A DNA stretch of 64,000 bases from the NCBI GenBank assembly GCA_965261395.1, contig OZ253462.1, positions 2,048,001-2,112,000 of the forward strand. Reading direction: 5' to 3'. The notes beneath the pieces are model-generated. The model searched no databases. It was given only the letters and a program-made list of their open reading frames with translations, and was not told the origin of the DNA. Source of the stretch: Candidatus Latescibacterota bacterium. GTDB taxonomy: Bacteria > Latescibacterota > UBA2968 > UBA8231. A program made the translations under genes and the position numbers. Shown here piece by piece: positions 46,263 to 55,669 of this stretch. Position 1 is the first letter of the stretch. Each line of letters starts with the position of its first letter.

Positions 46263-47933
46263 ATGAACAGAGCCGAATTTGAAAGCAAACTGAGCGACTA
46301 CGTGCGCGGCGAGCTATCGGCCGCGGAAGCACGGCAGATCGAGACCTACTTGGCCGAGCACCCGGAAGCGGCCGACGACTTGGAGGCGGTGCGTTCCGTG
46401 CTGGAACTGAGTGCCGATATCGGCACCGCCGAGCCATCGGACATGCTCTTCGCAGCGGCCCGCGCCAGTGCGCTGGAGGCGATCCGTGCGGAGGAGGATG
46501 ACGAGCGTAAAACGCAGCGCATGGGATTTTGGCAGCGGCTACCGAGGCCGGTGTACCTGTCCGGGCTGGCCGCCATGCTAGCTGGAGTGATGTTCGGAGT
46601 GCTCTGGCAGGGGAGCACTCCGGCGTGGGCCGAGGTTGTAGCCGAGGTGCGTAAGCTGAACTCCGTGCGCGTAGAGGGCTGGTTTCGTGGGGAAAAGGGA
46701 GAACAGGTGCCAGTGAAGCAGTGGCTCAAGTCTCCGCACTCTTTCCGCTCTGAAGTAGGCACCGGCGCGGCACGGCGCGAAGTCGTGGTGACCGACGCGA
46801 AAATGCAGATTTACGTAGATGGCGTCTGGTATGGGAGAGACCTCGACGCGGAAGGCGCGTGGTCCATATATAAGCTCGCCGAGCAACTAGCGCTGCCCGA
46901 ACGCGGGAAACTAGAACTTCGGAGCTACCAGATCGAGCGCGAGGATCGGGGGGCGACGGTGCTTTTTTCAATCTGGCAACGCTCCTCGCTGGGGAGTAAG
47001 ACCCCGGCGGATATCCGCTATGAAGTCGAGGTAGATGCTCAGACGCGGTTGCCTAACCACTCCAGCGTTTATCTGGATGTGGGCCAAGAAGATTGGGAGT
47101 TGGTCAGCGAATTGAACTATCTCGACTACGACGTACCACTGGCGGATGATCTTTTCGCGGTCGCCGATGATGCGATCCAGCCATTGACCCTTTCGGCATC
47201 TGAGGCAAATCCGTTCGGTATGATGCTGGAACCATTTGTACCGTGGAATAAGGCGTTTTACATGCCCCTAGACGGCATGGATATCATCGTCCATCCTCCT
47301 TCGGATGATCCGAGCAAGGGCATCCAAGGCAATGCTTCTTCCACAGCAGGCGAGACCACGCGCAGAGAATTCCACCGCACCCCGCTGGCCGAAATCGTGC
47401 GGGCTGTCGGGGAAATGCCAGTGGAAACCTCAGAGCAGGAACTGGCCGAGCAGGGCTACTCCGTGCGGATTGCCTATAGCCATCGCCTAACGCCAACCGA
47501 GCGCGTCCAGCGCTTAGGACGCCGCTTTGGTTTTGTCGCTGAAGTGGAAGAGCGGCAAGGCACTAGGACGCGCTGGATTTTTACCCAAGATGGCTCCGAG
47601 TTTCCAACAAACTCGCAAGCGGGAGGGTCTCAGACCAATGGCAAAAACTACCACGCTACGGGGGATCTGCTCGGGTCTGCGATCCGGGGTATGCTCACAA
47701 ACGCCGCACTCAACGACCTCGTCGAAGGTTACAACCGAGATCTCGACGACATCGAGCTGCAATGGGACGGCGCAGCAGACGATCCCTTTGAGCGCCAAGT
47801 AGATATCGATGTCGATTTCTCCGATGGCTGGGACGTGGCTCTCGATTATTTGCGCGAGCAATTCGGGGTGAAGATGGAGCGCGTATCCGAGCCTATTACC
47901 TACGAGGTGTTGGTGCTGCGCCCGTCAAAGTAA
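46263..47933 (+). CDS. Transmembrane anti-sigma factor with large periplasmic region
   Basis: LSDYVRGELS..E...IE.YL anti-sigma N-terminus, TM helix, directly downstream of the ECF sigma. Confidence 0.8.
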   Translation: MNRAEFESKLSDYVRGELSAAEARQIETYLAEHPEAADDLEAVRSVLELSADIGTAEPSDMLFAAARASALEAIRAEEDDERKTQRMGFWQRLPRPVYLSGLAAMLAGVMFGVLWQGSTPAWAEVVAEVRKLNSVRVEGWFRGEKGEQVPVKQWLKSPHSFRSEVGTGAARREVVVTDAKMQIYVDGVWYGRDLDAEGAWSIYKLAEQLALPERGKLELRSYQIEREDRGATVLFSIWQRSSLGSKTPADIRYEVEVDAQTRLPNHSSVYLDVGQEDWELVSELNYLDYDVPLADDLFAVADDAIQPLTLSASEANPFGMMLEPFVPWNKAFYMPLDGMDIIVHPPSDDPSKGIQGNASSTAGETTRREFHRTPLAEIVRAVGEMPVETSEQELAEQGYSVRIAYSHRLTPTERVQRLGRRFGFVAEVEERQGTRTRWIFTQDGSEFPTNSQAGGSQTNGKNYHATGDLLGSAIRGMLTNAALNDLVEGYNRDLDDIELQWDGAADDPFERQVDIDVDFSDGWDVALDYLREQFGVKMERVSEPITYEVLVLRPSK

Positions 47934-47953
47934 ACGTTCATCGATGCTATCGC

Positions 47954-48013
47954 GGGCGTCCCATTCGCACGGGCCTTTATATAGTAGGGGTCGCGTATGC
48001 GAGTGGGACGCCC
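47954..48013. repeat. 60-bp intergenic hairpin
   Basis: GGGCGTCCCATTCGCA / TGCGAGTGGGACGCCC arms with additional inner pairing. Confidence 0.7.
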
Positions 48014-48030
48014 TTATTTATGCAACCATC

Positions 48031-49359
48031 ATGGCTTCTGTCCCGAACATCCTCTTCCTCCTGACCGACAACCAGCGCAATGACCTGCTCGGTTGCGCCG
48101 GCAATCCAATCATCCAAACCCCGAACATCGACCGGCTTGCCGCAAGCGGCGTCCGCTTCGCAAACGCATTCTGCACCAGTCCAATCTGCGCCGCCAGCCG
48201 GGCGAGCTATCTCACCGGCGTCTATGAAAGCCGCCACCGCTTCACCTTCCTCACACCACCCCTCCGACGCGCATTCACCGACAGCTCCTACCCAGCAGTT
48301 CTCAAAAAGGCCGGATACCGCACGGGGCTGATCGGCAAATTCGGCATTGCCGCAAAAGGAATCGACCCTTCCCTCGAAGACGAGGAAGCGATAGGAAAGA
48401 TGTTCGACGTGTTCGACAACTACGAACACTGGACCGCAGACGGGTATGAAATCAGGCAGCCGGACGGCAGGGTGCGCCACCTGACCGACATTACCGGCGA
48501 CAAAACAATCGACTTCCTCCGCACCCATCCCAGCCAGCCGTTTTGTCTCTCCGTCAGTTTCAACGCGCCGCACGCCCAGGACAACGATCCGCGCCACTAC
48601 ATCTGGCCAGCTGCTGAAGATCCGCTCTGCGCAGATGCGAAGATACCAGAGCCGTTCAACGCCCATCCCGACTTCTTCAGGCGACTGCCAAGATTCCTGC
48701 GCGAAACGGAAAGTCGCGTGCGATGGCAGGACCGCTATGCGACGCCTGAGGACTATCAGCGGAACATGCGCGGACTGTACCGGATGGTCAGCGGCGTCGA
48801 TCGCAACATCGGCAGGATTCTCGCGGCGTTGGATCAACTGTCGTTAGCGGCCGACACGGTCGTGATCTTCGCATCGGACCACGGGATGTACTACGGAGAT
48901 CGCGGGCTTAGCGACTGCTGGCAGTTGAACGAACAGGCAATTCGCATTCCCCTGATCGTCTTCGATCCGCGAGCTGACGAGGGCAGGGTCGTACGCGAAG
49001 AGATGGCCCTCAACATAGATGTCTCGCCAACCATCCTCGAATTGGCCGGTCTGCGTGCTGCGGACGGAATGCAGGGAAAATCCCTGGTCCCACTGTTAGG
49101 CAAAAAAGAAGTCGAATGGCGCAAGGCCTTCTTCTGCGAGCATCGGTTCGACCGCGCCGACATCCCCAAGAGCGAAGGCGTGCGCACGCAACAATGGAAA
49201 TACATTCGCTACTACGAGCAACAGCCCGTCTATGAGGAGCTGTACGACCTGCTCAAAGATCCTCACGAATCCTGCAATCTCGCAGAAGATCCCAAGTTCT
49301 CAGATCAGCTTGCACGGCTGGGACGACGATGCGACGCAATGAGCGTTGAATGCGCTTAG
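48031..49359 (+). CDS. Formylglycine-dependent sulfatase
   Basis: PNILFLLTDN, CAASRASYLTG signature, GYRTGLIGK, SDHG, EELYDL..DP.E..NL. Confidence 0.95.
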   Translation: MASVPNILFLLTDNQRNDLLGCAGNPIIQTPNIDRLAASGVRFANAFCTSPICAASRASYLTGVYESRHRFTFLTPPLRRAFTDSSYPAVLKKAGYRTGLIGKFGIAAKGIDPSLEDEEAIGKMFDVFDNYEHWTADGYEIRQPDGRVRHLTDITGDKTIDFLRTHPSQPFCLSVSFNAPHAQDNDPRHYIWPAAEDPLCADAKIPEPFNAHPDFFRRLPRFLRETESRVRWQDRYATPEDYQRNMRGLYRMVSGVDRNIGRILAALDQLSLAADTVVIFASDHGMYYGDRGLSDCWQLNEQAIRIPLIVFDPRADEGRVVREEMALNIDVSPTILELAGLRAADGMQGKSLVPLLGKKEVEWRKAFFCEHRFDRADIPKSEGVRTQQWKYIRYYEQQPVYEELYDLLKDPHESCNLAEDPKFSDQLARLGRRCDAMSVECA

Positions 49360-49366
49360 TACCGGT

Positions 49367-50632
49367 TCACGCGCGCTCGTCTGTCAGGCGTTTGGCGTAC
49401 TCGCCGCGCGGGATGCGGAAGTAACCCTGAAAGCAGAGTACGCCCGCAGCCGTAATCACGGCACTGCTCCAAAACAACGCCCGATACCCCAGCGCGTTGA
49501 TCATCCAGCCGCCGCCGAGCGAAACGCCGGCGATGCTGATGCCGTAGGCCATGGTCAGCGCCGAACTCATGGTCACCCGCCAGCGCTCGGGGACCAGCTC
49601 CTGCTGAAAGACGATATAGACCGAGCGGCGGATCGAGCTGAGGGCGACTAAGGCCATACAGGCGACTCCGGCCACCGCCCAATGGGCGACCAACGCGAGG
49701 GGAACGAGGCACAGCACCATCGCCCCAGCACCCGCAGTAATCACCGGCACTCGGCCAAAACGCCGGCTGAGCGCAGGGGCGGCCAGCGCGGTACAGGCAG
49801 CCAAGAGCTGGCCGCCGGCAGTCAGGCTGCCGATCAGCGCAGTCGAGACCCCGAGACCGTCGTCCATGTACACATTAAAAAAGATGCGGAGGCTGTTTTC
49901 CGCAGCCATCTGTAGGAAGGTGACCAAGCCCAAGACGAGGATGATGGCCAGAGGAAAGGGCGTCGCTTCGCCGCGTTCCCTGGCGGGTGGCTTGTGCGGA
50001 CGGGAGCGAGTTGCGGCGATAGCGCCGGCGCTGATGAATAGCACACCGGCCGCCATCAGCAGCGGATAGCGATAGGGGGCCGGGTGATCTTCGGGCAAGT
50101 CGAGGAGCACGGAGAACAGGCTGGGCAGCAGACCACCGCACAGGCTACCGGCAAAACCCGCCAGCGGCCACAGCGCCACCTGAGTCGAGAACACGTGATT
50201 GCGCAGTCGCGGCGGACATATCAGGGTCAGAAAGGGTATCGAGCAGACGATGAAGAGCGTATTGCCGAGGACGCCGAGGGCATACGCTCCCATGACCCAA
50301 GCCAACTGCGCGGAGGTGGGAGCAAATTCGCCCAAGGGCAACAAGCCAAAACCTAGAGCGGCGATCACCATGCCGGCGATCATGCTCCGGCGCGCCCCCC
50401 AGCGGTTGGCCAACAGGCCCGCGGGCATACTCAAGAGGGCAAACGACAGCGCGCCGACGGCGTTGACCTGACCGATCAATTGGGGGCCGTAGCCTAGGCG
50501 CAAGAGGTAGAGATTGAGTAGAACGGTATAGACGCCGCCGAAGATCGTAAAGCCGATCAGAGCTTGGCTAAAGAGCACTAGGCGCACATCGCGGTTGAAA
50601 AGCGCAAGCGCCTCGCGGTGAGTGGAGACCAA
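49367..50632 (-). CDS. MFS transporter
   Basis: About 12 TM helices; motif A variants GLLANRWGARR and LSRRFGR. Confidence 0.88.
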   Translation of the reverse strand: MVSTHREALALFNRDVRLVLFSQALIGFTIFGGVYTVLLNLYLLRLGYGPQLIGQVNAVGALSFALLSMPAGLLANRWGARRSMIAGMVIAALGFGLLPLGEFAPTSAQLAWVMGAYALGVLGNTLFIVCSIPFLTLICPPRLRNHVFSTQVALWPLAGFAGSLCGGLLPSLFSVLLDLPEDHPAPYRYPLLMAAGVLFISAGAIAATRSRPHKPPARERGEATPFPLAIILVLGLVTFLQMAAENSLRIFFNVYMDDGLGVSTALIGSLTAGGQLLAACTALAAPALSRRFGRVPVITAGAGAMVLCLVPLALVAHWAVAGVACMALVALSSIRRSVYIVFQQELVPERWRVTMSSALTMAYGISIAGVSLGGGWMINALGYRALFWSSAVITAAGVLCFQGYFRIPRGEYAKRLTDERA

Positions 50633-50723
50633 TTTCTTTTTTGCTGGAACGGGGGATGGCAGTTATGTATTAGGAAAGTAAACCAACGGCTCGCGGCGAA
50701 AAAGGCCATGAAGCGGAGGTGGT

Positions 50724-51641
50724 ATGGCGCGTAGCGGAGTGTTCTGGTGTTTTTTGGTATGGGTACCGAGTGTCCTAGCCCAAGAGATAGTCCAGGTGCA
50801 GACGCCAGCGGGCACCATGCACGAGTTGGCCCGCGTCTCCGTCGGTTATTTTGCGATGGGATCGACTGAGGGACGGGCGGACGAACAGCCGGTCCACCAG
50901 GTCTATCTCGACGAATTCTACATCGATCGTTTTGAAGTGAACAACGACCAGTACGCCGCCTTTTTGGACGCTATCGGACGCAACACGGATGGAGAAGGGC
51001 ACCTGCTGCTCGATGTGCGCGACCTCGACGCGCAGATCCGCTACGGCGACGCGGGATACGCGCCGATCCCTGGTACCGAACAGCGGCCGGTCGCCGAGGT
51101 CTCGTGGTACGGTGCTCGTGCGTATTGCACTTGGGCCGGCATGCAGTTACCGACCGAGGCCATGTGGGAAAAGGCCGCTCGCGGCACCGACAGCCGCATC
51201 TATCCCTGGGGCAATTCCATTGACCGCAGCCGGGCCAATTACGGCAAGGAGGGCTGCTGCCGAGGCGACGACAGCGACGGCTATTTCAACTCGGCCCCGG
51301 TGGGCTCTTATCAGCGCGGGGTTTCTCCCTATGGGGCCCACGATATGGGGGGCAATGTTTGGGAGTGGGTGGTGGATTGGTACGGCGAAGATTACTACGC
51401 ACAAAGCCCCGAGCGCGATCCGCAAGGGACGGACGCCGGGATCAGCCGGGTGCTGCGGGGCGGGTCGATGAGCAGCGACCCGTATCGCCTGCGCACTACC
51501 GACCGCAGTGGGCTACCGCCTTCGGTGACCTATCTCATCGTCGGATTTCGCTGCGCCGCGCGCGCGCTTCCCGCCACGGCAGTGCAGTCCGCAAGTTGGG
51601 GACAAATCAAGCGCATGACGGAAGAGGGCGATGCGCGATGA
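50724..51641 (+). CDS. Secreted FGE-sulfatase (SUMF1-like) domain protein with C-terminal SWGQIK tail
   Basis: Signal peptide; FAMGS, LPTEAMWEKAARG, DMGGNVWEW, RVLRGGS, GFRC; lacks the catalytic Cys pair after RGGS. Confidence 0.9.
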   Translation: MARSGVFWCFLVWVPSVLAQEIVQVQTPAGTMHELARVSVGYFAMGSTEGRADEQPVHQVYLDEFYIDRFEVNNDQYAAFLDAIGRNTDGEGHLLLDVRDLDAQIRYGDAGYAPIPGTEQRPVAEVSWYGARAYCTWAGMQLPTEAMWEKAARGTDSRIYPWGNSIDRSRANYGKEGCCRGDDSDGYFNSAPVGSYQRGVSPYGAHDMGGNVWEWVVDWYGEDYYAQSPERDPQGTDAGISRVLRGGSMSSDPYRLRTTDRSGLPPSVTYLIVGFRCAARALPATAVQSASWGQIKRMTEEGDAR

Positions 51642-51655
51642 ACCCGCACAAATGC

Positions 51656-51700
51656 AAACAGCCCCTCAGCTTGTGCAAGCTAAGGGGCTGTTTATTGTTT
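51656..51700. terminator. Bidirectional terminator between the FGE-domain gene and tRNA-Phe
   Basis: AAACAGCCCCT...AGGGGCTGTTT with inner AGCTT/AAGCT stem. Confidence 0.8.
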
Positions 51701-51706
51701 ATATTA

Positions 51707-51782
51707 TGGTGGCTCCTCGCGGAATCGAACCGCGGACACAGAGATTTTCAGTCTCCTGCTCTACCAACTGAGCTAAAGAGCC
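51707..51782 (-). tRNA. tRNA-Phe (GAA)
   Basis: Reverse complement GGCTCTTTAGCTCAGTTGGTAGAGCAGGAGACTGAAAATCTCTGTGTCCGCGGTTCGATTCCGCGAGGAGCCACCA. Confidence 0.97.
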
Positions 51783-51836
51783 ACCAGAAGAAGAGTAAAA
51801 TTAAAACCCCCTCATTCGCCTTGTCAAGGATGCGCC

Positions 51837-52358
51837 ATGCCCGTCTCGATCATCCCGTTCAACATGCCCGAACCCGCTGAAATTCCTCCCCACATCGTCG
51901 CATCACTCGAGGCCATGTCTCCAGACGAAGCCGTAGTCCAAGGCATGGATTTGCTGCTGGGCATCGAGGCGGCAGACACCATAGTATATGAGCGCGTTGG
52001 CCAAGGGGTGGTCCACACGGCCGGGGCCGGGGCTGAGGTCTTGCAGCGGGTGCTGGAGCAGGATGGCGCACGCGCTTTCGCCGATCAGGAGGGGGTCGGG
52101 AACTCCGCGTTGTTGCTAGTGGGACAAGCCAGTGCCGACGAAGAAAGCCCCCTGCCAGCAGGAGTAGTGCGCTTCCTCCTGGAGGGGGCTGAACACGGGA
52201 CTATCGGCTTTAGCTACGTGTTGCCGCTCAAGGCCAGCGACGGCTCGCTATGGGGCGCGCTGACGCTGATTCGCCGCGCAGCGAGCGGGCCACTCAACCA
52301 CGAGCAGCCCAACCTGTGCGAGGGCATGCGGCGCGTGTTGAGCCGGATGCGCAATTAG
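51837..52358 (+). CDS. Hypothetical protein, possibly GAF-like
   Basis: YVLPLKASDGSLWGALTLIR resembles the GAF C-terminal hairpin. Confidence 0.6.
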   Translation: MPVSIIPFNMPEPAEIPPHIVASLEAMSPDEAVVQGMDLLLGIEAADTIVYERVGQGVVHTAGAGAEVLQRVLEQDGARAFADQEGVGNSALLLVGQASADEESPLPAGVVRFLLEGAEHGTIGFSYVLPLKASDGSLWGALTLIRRAASGPLNHEQPNLCEGMRRVLSRMRN

Positions 52359-52624
52359 GCCGAGACCGGCTCGACGACTCCGTTTTCGACCATCCAAGCC
52401 TCGACTTCGTCGCCATCGACATCGGCTAGTATCTGGCCGTTGATCTCGACGCAGGGCGAGAGGGGCTGGCCGCTTTTCTGCACCATCTCAGCGTAAATAG
52501 CCGGATTGTTGATAATGTCTTTGTCTTCGTATACCAAGCCGTATTTGGCGAAGGTCATGCGCACGCTATTGCTCCAGCCGCAAACCGGCTTTAGATAGGC
52601 GACGATGTGGGGGGATTCAGCCAT
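52355..52624 (-). CDS. Monothiol glutaredoxin-like protein
   Basis: KPVCGWS (CxxS), SGQPLSPCVEING. Confidence 0.85.
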   Translation of the reverse strand: MAESPHIVAYLKPVCGWSNSVRMTFAKYGLVYEDKDIINNPAIYAEMVQKSGQPLSPCVEINGQILADVDGDEVEAWMVENGVVEPVSA

Positions 52625-52716
52625 GATTGGAATTCCTTTCTGGCGTAATAGAGGCGATTTTGCATTTGGTGGAATATAGAGATGCGTCCCTCTCTGTCAA
52701 GCAGGGCGTTAAGTGA

Positions 52717-52745
52717 TTGACGAACCGGATACCCAATGTTACATT
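52717..52745 (+). promoter_or_regulatory. Sigma70-type promoter for murA
   Basis: TTGACG-N17-TACATT with TG extension. Confidence 0.6.
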
Positions 52746-52803
52746 TGGATTACCCCCCTCCCCTTGATGTGTTTGCTCGCCCTCTTAACTCTTAGGATTG
52801 GCA

Positions 52804-54075
52804 ATGAGTTCTACAGAAGTCCTTTTTGTGCGTGGCGGACGCCCCCTCCAAGGGGAGGTCGAGGTCCAAGGGTCCAAAAACGCCGCTTTGCCCATGTTGG
52901 CCGCTTCACTGTTGGCCACCGAAGGGCAAACCGTTTTGCACCGGGTACCCCCGGTCAAAGATGTACTGGTTGCTCTAGAGGTGTTGCGTCGTCTCGGCGC
53001 GCGCGTCGATTACGATGCAACCGAGGAAGTCGCCGTCATAGACACCCGAGATGTCAAAGAGCACCGGCTGCCCGCGGATTTGACCAACCGCTTTCGCGCC
53101 TCACTGCTTTTTGTCGGTCCGCTGTTGGCCCGCTTTGGCCGTGCTTGGATCCAAGAGGTCGGCGGCTGCACGATTGGCTCGCGGCCGACTGACTATCACT
53201 ATCGTGGCTTTGCCCGGCTCGGAGCCGAGGTCGAAGGCGTGAACGGCGGCGGCATCGACGTGGTGGCCAAGCGGCTCTCCGGTGCCTTTATGTACTGCGA
53301 TTTGCCCAGTCATACCGGAGTGGAAAACCTCGTCATGGCTTCCTGCCTAGCAGAGGGCGAGTCCGTGATCGAAAACGCGGCTTCCGACCCGGAGATCGTC
53401 GATTTCACGGTGCTCCTGCAAAAGATGGGTGCCCAAGTCGAAGGGGTCGGTACGCGACGAGTGCATATTAAGGGAGTCCATGAGTTAGTAGGTGCCGAGC
53501 ACACGATCATGTACGATCGCCTCGATGCCGGTCTCCTGATGATGGCGGGCGCGATTACCGGCGGCGACATCACCCTCAAAGGCGTGGTGCGCGATCATCT
53601 ATACGTTTTTGAATCCAAGCTACAGCAGATGGGCGTCGAGATGACAGAGGAAGGGGCTTGGATGCGGGTGCGTGGGCCGGAAACCTTGTCGCCAATCAAC
53701 GTAGTGACCACCTTTTACCCCGGCTTCCCAACGGACCTACAGCCCGGGATGACGGCCTTAGCGTGCATGGCTAAAGGCGACAGCTACATCCGCGAGACCG
53801 TATTCGAAGATCGCCTCGGCCACGTCAAGGCCTTGCGCTCCTTCGGCGCTCGCATCGCGCCGGAAAAGGACCGTCTAGTGTTGGTGCACGGGCCGGCTCA
53901 GCTCAAAGGGGCCAAGGTCAAGGCCATGGATATTCGCGCCGGGGCCGCCTGCGTGCTCGCCGGCTTAGCGGCCGAGGGCTACACCGAGATTAGCAACCTC
54001 TATCAGCTCGACCGAGGGCACACCCACATTGAGCGCCGCCTGCGGGCCTTGGGCGCCGACATCGAAAGACACTGA
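52804..54075 (+). CDS. murA: UDP-N-acetylglucosamine 1-carboxyvinyltransferase
   Basis: GSKNAALP, GGCTIGSRP (catalytic Cys), YPGFPTDLQ, DIRAGA, LDRG. Confidence 0.96.
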   Translation: MSSTEVLFVRGGRPLQGEVEVQGSKNAALPMLAASLLATEGQTVLHRVPPVKDVLVALEVLRRLGARVDYDATEEVAVIDTRDVKEHRLPADLTNRFRASLLFVGPLLARFGRAWIQEVGGCTIGSRPTDYHYRGFARLGAEVEGVNGGGIDVVAKRLSGAFMYCDLPSHTGVENLVMASCLAEGESVIENAASDPEIVDFTVLLQKMGAQVEGVGTRRVHIKGVHELVGAEHTIMYDRLDAGLLMMAGAITGGDITLKGVVRDHLYVFESKLQQMGVEMTEEGAWMRVRGPETLSPINVVTTFYPGFPTDLQPGMTALACMAKGDSYIRETVFEDRLGHVKALRSFGARIAPEKDRLVLVHGPAQLKGAKVKAMDIRAGAACVLAGLAAEGYTEISNLYQLDRGHTHIERRLRALGADIERH

Positions 54076-54100
54076 GGCGCCTTGCGCACCCAACGCGAGT

Positions 54101-54139
54101 AAGCGGTCGGGAGCTTGTGGCTCTCGACCGCTTTTGTTT
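54101..54139 (+). terminator. Intrinsic terminator after murA
   Basis: AAGCGGTCGGGAGC / GCTCTCGACCGCTT plus T-rich tail. Confidence 0.75.
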
Positions 54140-54165
54140 GTCTATCACTATATAGGAGAGGCACC

Positions 54166-55293
54166 ATGCTCGCACACCCCGACGCCGTGTATTTCGCGTG
54201 CGCGCCGATTGACCGCGCCGACGCTCCTTTTGCGACCTACCGGGAATTGGCTTATCGCACTCTCGCCGCCCTTGAGGTGCCGCTACCTGCCGCAGGCAAC
54301 ATCCTGCTCAAGCCCAACGCCACTGTACTCTATCCACCAGAAAAGCGCGTCATCACCCACCCCGGATTTGTCGGCGGCCTGCTCGACGCCCTGCGCGACC
54401 AAGGCGTATCCGCCGAGCGCATGGTGGTTGCCGACGGCCAGTCCGGGGAAAACTCCGCGGCCGGGCACACTTGGGAACTATGCGGCTATCGCGCCATGGC
54501 CGAGGAGCGGGGCGTGCGGCTCGCAGAAATGAACACCGACGAGGATTCCCGCGTCGTCGAGGTCGCCGACGGCGTGGTGTACGAGCGCTATCCCCTGTAC
54601 CGGGAAGTAACTGATTGCGCCTTCTTTTTTAACGTCCCCCTCGCCAAGTGCCACAACTTGGGTTGCACGACCTTGTCGATCAAAAACCTGATGGGCATCA
54701 TAGCCAAGCCCGAGCGGCACCTATGCGCGATCCAATTGGTGGACGAGCCCTGTGCCGAGGAGCTGTGGCGGCTGACCGAGAGCGGCCTCAGCCTCTTTGA
54801 AGACCGCTTCTATCACAAGCTCTGCGATCTATTGGTCGCGCTGCGCGGCTTGGGGATGCCGCGGCTTTCGGTGGTAGATGGCTTGGTCGGCCGCGACGGC
54901 ACGGCGTTCAACGAAGGGGCCAACCACCCCCTCGGTTGGGCCTTGGCCGGCGTCAACGAGGTACACGTAGATGCAGTAGCCACTTACCTGATGGGCCTCG
55001 ATCCGCAAGCCACCCCCTATCTGCAATTCGCCCATGCCCGCGGCCTAGGGACCATTGACCCCGAGGAGATCGAGGTCGTCGATCTCGCCAGCGGCACGGG
55101 GATCAATGGCGCGGGCCTAGCCGAGCTGCGGCCTGCTGAGCCGCTAATGCCGATCTCCCGCCTCAACCAAGGCGGCTACTACAAGCGCTTTCGCACCGAT
55201 GGATCAGCCGTGCCTTGGCGCTTGGACGATGTCAATGCCCAACGCCAGCAGGACGGTCTGGCACCTGTTCCCTATGAGCCAACCCGCGCCTGA
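54166..55293 (+). CDS. DUF362 domain protein
   Basis: ILLKPN, THP, NVPLAKCH, TLSIKNLMG, VVDG, VDAVA..LMG.DP. Confidence 0.85.
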   Translation: MLAHPDAVYFACAPIDRADAPFATYRELAYRTLAALEVPLPAAGNILLKPNATVLYPPEKRVITHPGFVGGLLDALRDQGVSAERMVVADGQSGENSAAGHTWELCGYRAMAEERGVRLAEMNTDEDSRVVEVADGVVYERYPLYREVTDCAFFFNVPLAKCHNLGCTTLSIKNLMGIIAKPERHLCAIQLVDEPCAEELWRLTESGLSLFEDRFYHKLCDLLVALRGLGMPRLSVVDGLVGRDGTAFNEGANHPLGWALAGVNEVHVDAVATYLMGLDPQATPYLQFAHARGLGTIDPEEIEVVDLASGTGINGAGLAELRPAEPLMPISRLNQGGYYKRFRTDGSAVPWRLDDVNAQRQQDGLAPVPYEPTRA

Positions 55294-55621
55294 GCACACC
55301 CTCCGCGCCTGCCAACGCGCGGTGGACCGGTGGATCGCCGACGTCGGCGTGCGCTACTTCTCCGAGCTGACCAATACGGCCGTGCTGATGGAGGAAGTCG
55401 GCGAGCTGGCGCGGATCATGGCCCGCACCTTTGGGGAGCAGAGCTTTAAGGAGGGCGAGGAAGCCGACCTCGGCATGGAGATGGCCGACGTGCTCTTCGT
55501 CCTCATATGCCTCGCCAATCAGACCGGGGTCGACTTAGAGGAATCCTTCCAGCGTGCCCTGGCCAAGAAGACCCGACGCGACCGCAGGCGTCACGCGGGG
55601 AATCCCAAACTCCAATCTTGA
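55274..55621 (+). CDS. MazG-like nucleotide pyrophosphohydrolase
   Basis: RYFSELTN...LMEEVGELAR, EMADVLFVLICLANQTGVDL. Confidence 0.92.
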   Translation: MSQPAPEHTLRACQRAVDRWIADVGVRYFSELTNTAVLMEEVGELARIMARTFGEQSFKEGEEADLGMEMADVLFVLICLANQTGVDLEESFQRALAKKTRRDRRRHAGNPKLQS

Positions 55622-55669
55622 CTTACTTAGGCGCAACTTCCTGCATCCTCTTTTGCGAAAGGTCGGCCC

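Noticed and set aside
50724-51641. FGE/C-type-lectin domain as a diversity-generating retroelement target
   Set aside because: No reverse transcriptase and no second copy (template repeat) of the C-terminal region seen in the window
48031-51641. FGE-domain protein as the maturase of the nearby sulfatase
   Set aside because: It lacks the catalytic Cys pair after RGGS and has a signal peptide, so it is probably non-catalytic
52355-52624. Glutaredoxin or other ORFs as selenoproteins, given selA
   Set aside because: The active site is Cys-encoded (CGWS); I found no ORF with a convincing in-frame TGA read-through, though the check was not exhaustive
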